A stretch of DNA of 64,000 nucleotides from Alloascoidea hylecoeti (Eukaryota): positions 248,001 to 312,000 of the forward strand of contig BCKZ01000006.1 of the NCBI GenBank assembly GCA_001600815.1. Reading direction: 5' to 3'. How positions within the stretch are numbered: position 1 is the stretch's first letter; every line of letters begins with the position of its first letter. Both the position numbers and the translations under genes were made by a program. Below are positions 56,353-64,000 of this stretch, in pieces. The notes under the pieces are model-generated. The model made no database searches and was not told the origin of the DNA. It saw nothing but the letters and a program-made list of their open reading frames with translations.

Positions 56353-57067
56353 ATGGGTTCCAAAGAAGCCTTTTTACCTAGTAAGTGGCAAATAACATCA
56401 TAGATAATAAAAACAATCTTGCTGACACTTTATATTTTAAAATAGCTCTCGAAGACGTTAATACGTAAGTTTATGTCTCCAAAAACAAGCAATATCAGAG
56501 ATCCGTCTATTAACAATTATGGAAAGTCCATTGTCAAAGGATCAACTGGCGGTTCTTCGGAAACAATTATTAAGAGAAGGAGATCTTGCATCTGTACAAT
56601 CTAGATTTAACTATGCTTGGGGTTTAATTAAAAGTGATAAAGAAGATGATCAACAACTAGGGGTTAAAATTTTAACTGGTATGCTCATCCATCATAACCA
56701 TCATTTATTGAACTTCTGAATACTAATTATAGTAGAAATTTTTAAGGATATACCAAGTAGACGTCGTGAATGTCTTTATTATCTTGCAGTAGGTTCTTAT
56801 AAATTAGGGAATTATTCTGAAGCTAGAAGGTATACGGAATCTCTTCTAGATCATGAACCTGGAAATTCTCAAGCTCTTGCGTTACAAGAAATGATTAAAT
56901 CAAAAGTTTCAAAAGGTGAGTTTTTTTTTATATATATTTATCTGTATGGATTATTTACTAACATTTACTTATTTTAAGAGAGTTTGGTTGGAATTGCCGT
57001 AGCAAGTAGTTTTGTTGCTCTTTCTGCTACTGCCTTAGGTTTATTAATCAAGGCGAAAAGAAGGTAA
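56353..57067 (+). CDS. FIS1: Mitochondrial fission protein Fis1; exons 56353-56380, 56446-56464, 56527-56678, 56736-56915, 56979-57067
   Basis: [48 protein letters not shown], tail anchor ending KRR. Confidence 0.93.
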
Positions 57068-57390
57068 ATGAAGTTGTTGAACCTTTGATCCGGGACTGGG
57101 AGGTAGCATTGTATTACCATTTGACTGATTTTGACATGTTATAAACTTTCCAATTTTTAAAATTTGCCACTTTTTTTTATATTTGCCACTTTTTATATTA
57201 TATAAAATATCTATATATTTTGTTGTTTTAATTGATATATCCATAGTAATATCATCTCATAATCATTTTCATTTATCTTGTAAAATGATCATGATCTAAT
57301 ATTAATGGAGTAAAGATTTAGTTTTCCACCGTGAAATCTAAAATTTAAAATTTAAAATTTAAAATTACATCAACTTTTTTCGAAAAACTA

Positions 57391-58707
57391 ATGATTTCAA
57401 GTTTCGACCCTGACAAATGTGTGAAAGCAATAATATCCAAATATAATACCCTATCAAATAAAGGTAAACCACAAATATTATCTAATGGTGTTGAAGAATG
57501 GACAACGTTATCAGGTATATGTTTTCAAACTCCAACTTCAACTACATCTGATGATGATGATGATGGACTTGAGTGTATATCATTAGCTACTGGCGTAAAA
57601 TCAATGCCTGATAAGGATTTGGGAACTTTTAATGGATGTGTACTACATGATTGTCATGCTGAAATGTTGGCAATAAGAGGAATGAATGTCTATATAATAC
57701 AACAATGTAAATTGATTGAAAATGGAGGAGTTAGTAAATATATTCGTCGTGCTAAACAATCACCTAATGTTAATGGTAATTATATGTTTGAAATGATAGA
57801 TGATGTTATTATATCAATGTATGTTTCTGAAATACCATGTGGTGATGCTAGTATGGAACTAATTCAAACTGAATCTACTGATTCAACAATTTGGTCTGAA
57901 AAATTAACAACTTTAGGACCCCCTGGAGAAGAAGGACCAATAAGAGGTAGAGCTTTTTTCAATCAAGTTGGTTTAGTAAGAACAAAACCTGGAAGACGTG
58001 ATTCTCCAATCACAATGAGTAAATCATGTAGTGATAAATTAGCTTTGAAACAAGCAATTTCTTTATTATTAGGTCCTGTTTCTTTAATTGTTAATCCAGA
58101 TAAATTTTATTTATCATATTTAATTTTACCAAAATTAGGGTTCAAAAAGGAATCTTTTGATAGATGTTGGGGTCCAAATGGAAGATTATCAATTTTACAA
58201 AATAATTGTGATTATGATTGGAATGGTGGTTATAAAATGAAGTTTTTCAATGTTATTAGAACTGATATTCAATTTCAACATTGTAAAGAATCATCAAGAA
58301 AACCTATAGGGAATAGTATAATTTGGATATTAAATGAATCTAAACATGAAGGATTAATATCTGGTATAAAAATGGGATTTAATTTTAAAAAACAAAAACA
58401 TCAAAAACAAAAATTAAATAATGGAATAAGTTTAACAAGTCGGTTTAAAATAATTGAATTATTAAATCCATTTTTAAATCATTTTCTAATTATAAATGAT
58501 AATTCAAAAACATATAATCAATTAAAAAAATTAAATAAAAATAGATTAAAAGTTAAAGATGATTTATATAAAATATTGAAAGGTTGGATACAAACTTCAA
58601 TAGATGATTTTAATATCATTCCAATTGAAACAAATTTAAATTTAAAGAATAAGAGTTCTGATCACAATCTTAATATAAATAATGCAACAAAAAGAATAAA
58701 AATATGA
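57391..58707 (+). CDS. TAD1: tRNA-Ala A37 adenosine deaminase Tad1 (ADAT1)
   Basis: SLATGVK, LHDCHAE, PCGDASM, VRTKPGRRDS, SKSCSDKL. Confidence 0.92.
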   Translation: MISSFDPDKCVKAIISKYNTLSNKGKPQILSNGVEEWTTLSGICFQTPTSTTSDDDDDGLECISLATGVKSMPDKDLGTFNGCVLHDCHAEMLAIRGMNVYIIQQCKLIENGGVSKYIRRAKQSPNVNGNYMFEMIDDVIISMYVSEIPCGDASMELIQTESTDSTIWSEKLTTLGPPGEEGPIRGRAFFNQVGLVRTKPGRRDSPITMSKSCSDKLALKQAISLLLGPVSLIVNPDKFYLSYLILPKLGFKKESFDRCWGPNGRLSILQNNCDYDWNGGYKMKFFNVIRTDIQFQHCKESSRKPIGNSIIWILNESKHEGLISGIKMGFNFKKQKHQKQKLNNGISLTSRFKIIELLNPFLNHFLIINDNSKTYNQLKKLNKNRLKVKDDLYKILKGWIQTSIDDFNIIPIETNLNLKNKSSDHNLNINNATKRIKI

Positions 58708-58807
58708 ATATTTATCAAGTTTTAAATATAAATGTATGTTATGTTTTTAATATCATTATAATTAGAAATCCAATATTGTATATATTGTATATAAATCTCA
58801 GTATATT

Positions 58808-59610
58808 CTAATCCGAATCCGAAGCTGAGCCATCGCTTCCATTATCGTTTTCATCCTCTACAACTGTTCCTAATTATGATTGATTGTCAGTAAAAATGAT
58901 ACCAAATAAAAGAAAAAATAAAAGACATACCATTACCATTAGTTGTAGTAATACCATTGGGTTTATTAACCGTAGGAAGCATTGTAGCAGCTATTTCTGC
59001 AGATTCTAACAATTCAATCAATTTCTTATTTGATTTCTCTGCAAGAGTAATAGGTTTCTCTCCAAATTTGTTTTTCTTTCTATAATATATTGAGGTTAGT
59101 ATAAAACTATAAAAGAGAAAGTATATTGTATTATATCGTACCTTGGATCTGCCCCGGCCTCAATCAAAGTTTCCACTAAAGATGGTATTGATCATTAGAG
59201 ACGAAATCAAATATTGTTATATTCGAAATAAAGCTTACCGATAAAAGCACCATGTTCCGGCTCAAGGCGTGAGTATCGAACAGCGAGGTGTAATGGTGTC
59301 TCTTTCTCAAGCCTATTTATGGGATCCACCTCCACGCCCTCTTGGTCCAGCAGTATATCCAAACATTCATCTAATCTATGAATTAGCATTATATCAGCAG
59401 AGAAGGATGATTGTGGATAAACATACACCATCCGTTTAAAGAGGCAAAATGTAAAGATGTGTTCCCGATAGGATCAGTAGCCTCATTTATCAGTTTTGCC
59501 CTTTCTTCGTCAGTTGGAAGGGTTTCTAATATTTCCTCCAACAGTTCATGATTATTTCGTCTAGAGGCTTCTATGATTTGTTCAGCAAGAGAGGCTCCTT
59601 CGTCGGACAT
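58808..59610 (-). CDS. Small ankyrin-repeat protein, YCR051W-like; exons 59610-59427, 59370-59239, 59175-59142, 59079-58931, 58869-58808
   Basis: MSDEGASLAEQIIEASRRNN...DPIGNTSLH...ECLDILLDQEGVEVDPINRLEKETPLH...LIEAGADPR..., acidic tail; four introns keep the frame. Confidence 0.88.
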
Positions 59611-59838
59611 TCTTTTTAAAGGCAATTGATGAGGTGCTAATGTTAACAGGTAAATTTTAAATTTGTAGGACAAAAGATGGTTTTATGGATCTTCATGACT
59701 TAAAAGTGCCGGAAATAGGACGTTGAATGTTTCGGCGAGTTGTGTTTGAAATTTATATCAAATCGACTTTTTTTTTTATAAGGAACGAGACGCGTTTTTC
59801 CTCTTTTTCACTCAAGTATAAAAACACTAGATTCACAA

Positions 59839-62800
59839 ATGGAAAGCAAAGTGTTGGAGATTATTTATCAAACTCAACAGCCCCAAAATGAGGTCAGAAC
59901 TGTTGGTGAAGAATCCTTCACACAACTTACGAAAACTGATCAGTCCGGTATGGCTACAACCCTCATTTCTCTCGCCTTAAGAAATGATTTAGATATTGGA
60001 ATAAGACAGGCCTGTTTATTATATCTTCATAGAATTATTCCTAGATATTGGTCTTTAGCATTTGATAAATTTGAAGGTCCTCCAATTAGCATTGAAGCAA
60101 AACATTTCATCAGATCACGCTTATTAGATCTTATAATTGATCAAGATACAAAGATTAGAAATGGTGCTGCTTATTCTCTTACTTCAATTGCAACTGTTGA
60201 CTATCCTGATGAATGGCCTGATTTACTTGAAAAATTGTTTTCATATTTAACTTCAAATTCTCAATATCAAATTACAGGAAGTCTTGCGGTTTTAAAAGAA
60301 TTATTTGATGATTGTGTAACTGAAGAACTTTTCTTTGGTGGTGCTGGTCTTGGGGTTATGAAACAATGTGCTTCATTATTAGAATCTTCTGATACTCCAA
60401 CTGATATTAAAAAAGATGCCGTTGTTGTTTTTAGAAATTGTATTGATTACCTTCAATTTTCAGATTCTACTTTAAGTTCAGTTATTAAAGACGCTGTTGA
60501 TGAAAGTTTACCAGGGATTGTTAAACTATTTACACAATTATTGCTTTCCTTAACTGCTAATAATAATAATACTAAAACAGCTGAACAGCAGGCTTTATTT
60601 ACAGGTTTTAAATATGAAGTTTATATAACTATTCATGATATCCGTTCAAGTTTTGCTAAATTCTTAGCCCCTGAATTTAATAAATTAATTGAAGCTACAA
60701 CTTTAGATATTCAATTCACTACTCAAATTTATTCTAAAATATCTATTGAGGATACAAATAATGATGATCAATTTGTTGCAGAAACAAAAGCGTTAATTGT
60801 GGAACAATTGTTATTTTTAGGATCTGTTTCAGGGAAATTACCCCCTTCTCTTTTCAGTGTTGATGTTCAATATTCATTACTTGATTCTTTTATTACTTTA
60901 GCTTCAATTACTAAAGAAGATGAAGAAAGTTGGTCTAATGATTTCAATGAATTCGTTACTGAAGAAACAGATCTGCAGCCTGTTTACTCAATAAGAAGTG
61001 CAATTAATGATTTCTTGGAAAAATTAAATTATGAATGTCAAGAGGAATTAGGTTCTCATTTAATAAAAGCAGTAGCTACATCTATTTCTAATAATAATTG
61101 GAGAACTAAAGAAAGTTTACTGTTTCTTTTTGATGGTCTTTTAGGTGGATTAGAAAACCCCATTTTATTAAATTCTAAAAATGATGATTTGATTCATCTT
61201 TTAAAAATACTTATTTCATATACAAAAGATTCAAATGAATTCGTTAGAGCAAGAACATTAATACTTAGTGGTCATTTTTTGAATAATTTTAGAAGTAGAT
61301 TAAATGTTAAATCTTTTGGTTCGGAAACTTTTAAAGAAATTGTTTCTACTGCTTTGAATGATACATCATTAATTACTAAAGTTTTAGCCTTAAGGTCTAT
61401 CATCTATTATGCTGGTTCATTAGAAGAAGCAATTACCAACAAAATTGAATCTCAACAAGCTATTGCTAATATTGTGAGTTCTTTGATTTCTGAAGCTCAA
61501 GAAGATACCCCTTCATTATTGGTTGAAAGTTTATCTATTGCTATTAGTTTTGATAGTAATACCGCTGCTTCCAATCCTAAGCTATTAGAATTGATATTCC
61601 TTTCTGCTTCAAACAATCCTTCAAATATCCAACTTGTTCTAGAAACAAAAGAAGCCTTGGAAGATCTTCTTCTGGAAACGGATACTCAAAATTATGTTAC
61701 CTTATGCAATAATGGTCTTCCTCCTTTAATATCTGTTCTTGATTCATCAGAAAATGGTGAATATACTGCGAATATTAATTTAGCACTTGAAATTTTATCT
61801 GTTTTTGTAGAGCATGGTCCAGATCCTTTCCCAGAATCTGTTTTCACTTATATATTTCCTGCTTTATCAAGGTTGTTACTTATTTCTTCTGATGATCAAA
61901 TTTTACAAGTTGGTGCAGAAGCATTTGATTTCTTAGTAAGAGCTGCTTATCAACACGTTCCACAATGGAAAGGAAATGAAGGGAAAAGTGGATTAGATGT
62001 TGCTTTGGAAATTGCTTCAAAGTTATTATCGCCAGATTTATCCGATTCTGCTGCTATGAATGTTGGATCTTTAGTTACTACTATTATTGATAAATTTGGA
62101 ACACAATTGGGGAATTTCACAAGTGTTATTTTGGAGGCAGCTACTAGAAGATTAACTAAAGTGAAAGAACCTTTAATTCTTGAAGTATGTCTACTTTTTT
62201 TTGTGTGGGTGTTCCTGCTGGGAGTCTCTAACAATATACGTTTTTTAGAATTTGGTTAATGTTTTCTGTTACCTAGTACTCTTATCACCTGAAGAAACGG
62301 TTAGTTTTCTTGAAACTGTTTCAATTGACAATAAGAGTGGTCTTCAAATCGTTATACCAGCTTGGTTTAGCTCATTTGAGATTACTCGTGGGTACGAGTA
62401 TATCAAAAGAAAGTATGTATTGTTACTTTTTTGTTGTTATGAAAAAACAAGACTAACTAACGATGTTTTACATTTATAGTGTACAAGCATTAGTTAAACT
62501 CTATGCTCTTTCTGGTCCAACACTTTCTTCTATAATCGTTGATGGTGATGAAATACCGTACGAAACTACTCGTATTATTACAAGATCTATGTCAAAGAAA
62601 AGTAAGTATATTAGTATATTCTATGACCAAAACAAAAAGCATACTAACTTTCAATAGTTCCTCAAAAATTTACTCAGATTCCGGCTACAGAGAAGATCAT
62701 AAAGCTTCTTATTAAGGAACTTCACAATCAATCAACTGCTGCAGAAATCGAGGACTTTGATTTCGGTTCTGATTCTGTTGGAAAAGATGATGGAAATGAA

Positions 62801-63089
62801 GAATGGGAAGATGTTAATAACCTTGATGCTACTTCATATGAGAGTAAGTTCTATTATTGATTTATATATTTTCTATTATTGCTTTTACTGACTAACTGTA
62901 ATAGAATTGATGTCATATATCGATGAAGATGAAGAAGTTAGAAGAGAAACTGATCCACAAGGTGAAACTAAAACTATTCTTATCCAATTTTTTAAAGAAA
63001 TTGCACAGAAAAATATGAGTGGCTTTCAACAAATTTATGATCATCTAAGTGATGAAGAAAAACATATATTAACGGAAAATATTGTTTAG
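59839..63089 (+). CDS. KAP114: Importin-9 / Kap114; exons 59839-62184, 62249-62412, 62480-62601, 62658-62843, 62905-63089
   Basis: Importin-beta N-terminus, IATVDYPDEWPDLL, ASKLLSPDLSDSAAMNVG, IVDGDEI...RIITRSMSKK, EKIIKLLIKEL, EEWED acidic loop. Confidence 0.9.
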
Positions 63090-63207
63090 ATTTTTTCACA
63101 TTTATAATTTAATAATAACACTTTAGAGACATCTTACATTTATACGCGTATACATTTGCATAATTATAAAGGATAAAAGTATACACTGTAGTTCTATTTA
63201 CTTATAT

Positions 63208-64000
63208 TTATGCCTTCTTAGCTCCATATCTTTGAACAACCTTACCATCGGGAATGGTAAAGAAAACAGCTGGCGAAACACCCTCCTTGTAAGGTTTATC
63301 TAGTCTATAATAACCTTTTCTCTCGAATTGGATAATATCACCTTCTTTCATATCTTTAACACAAATATCACCAATAGCATCAGTGTGGAATTCAGTATGT
63401 GGAGTTAAGAAATCTTCAAAATTCTCACCATCTTCGATCTTATCTTTGGTGATTAAATGATCAAAATCAACTAAGTCTAATGGGATGTTATTCCCAGGTG
63501 TCTTAGTCAACCAAGTTAACTTCTTCTCAGTTTTCCTGAAATCGCCATCCAAGTGAAGTTTTAAAACTAAGGATTTAACAACATCACCATCCTTCTCAAT
63601 GCTTTCAACAAAAGCATTACCCCAATCCATGAGTGTTATTTCTTCATCTTGTTTTAGTGTTTGGGCATCTTCTTGGTCGATGTAAACTTCTGGTCCATAT
63701 AAAACCGGTTTCTTTCCAACGTCTGGATTTTTCTTATGTTTTGGCTTCTCTTCAGTGATAATTTTATCTGGTGTACCTTCTCCAGTAAGCTTAGCAACAA
63801 CAGCATTCTCTTTAAGAATGGCAGTATGTCTTGGAGCAATTGGATCAATAACTTTCTTATTCACAGCCCAGATGAAACTCCAATCTAAATTAATGATATT
63901 TTTCGAAGGACCTTGGGCAATAACAAACTTTCTTAACCCTTCAACAGTCATACCTCTTCTCCTAACACCTCTGACTGTTGGAAATCTTGGATCATCCCAG
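63208..64000 (-). CDS. GUS1: Cytosolic glutamyl-tRNA synthetase, 3' part
   Basis: WDDPRFPTVRGVRRRGMTVEGLR, NKKVIDPIAPRHTA, EEITLMDWGN, IIQFERKGYYRLD, IPDGK; continues past the window end. Confidence 0.95.
   Translation of the reverse strand, partial: WDDPRFPTVRGVRRRGMTVEGLRKFVIAQGPSKNIINLDWSFIWAVNKKVIDPIAPRHTAILKENAVVAKLTGEGTPDKIITEEKPKHKKNPDVGKKPVLYGPEVYIDQEDAQTLKQDEEITLMDWGNAFVESIEKDGDVVKSLVLKLHLDGDFRKTEKKLTWLTKTPGNNIPLDLVDFDHLITKDKIEDGENFEDFLTPHTEFHTDAIGDICVKDMKEGDIIQFERKGYYRLDKPYKEGVSPAVFFTIPDGKVVQRYGAKKA

Noticed and set aside
15506..57067. Apparent enrichment of mitochondrial genes (NUAM, CYC2, COR1, AFG1, RCF1, FIS1) as a cluster
   Set aside because: They are interspersed with unrelated housekeeping genes over 40 kb; compatible with chance.
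7420..63848. Numerous antisense or nested 60-230 aa ORFs inside known genes
   Set aside because: Shadows of codon bias on the opposite strand or in alternative frames; no independent motifs.

Overview
AT-rich, intron-rich fungal genomic DNA, most like an early-diverging budding yeast (Saccharomycotina): standard genetic code, complex I retained, short GT-AG introns. I find about 27 host protein-coding genes; many are multi-exon and only partly shown, or absent, in the ORF track. They include BUD4/INT1, a TPT-family transporter, CUS1, complex I 75-kDa subunit, ISW2, ENP2, PEX22, a p24-alpha gene, CIA1, CYC2, COR1, an ASH1-like SET methyltransferase, AFG1, JIP5, a kapC-like bZIP, DUF4112, AKR1, RCF1, SEC4, FIS1, TAD1, KAP114 and GUS1. 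The unusual content is DNA-transposon-derived. (1) A 6.5-kb host-gene-free block (9.0-15.5 kb) holds two head-to-head, homogenised pogo/CENP-B-type HTH genes lacking a DDE domain, next to a ~450-bp-arm foldback inverted repeat built from ~22-bp sub-units. (2) A DBP4 pseudogene fragment sits between two consecutive but oppositely oriented pieces of a decayed Tc1/mariner transposase. (3) A gene encodes five BED zinc-finger units and no catalytic domain. No tRNA, rRNA or CRISPR array was recognised. All family calls are by-eye motif recognition and manual splicing; no database search was run.
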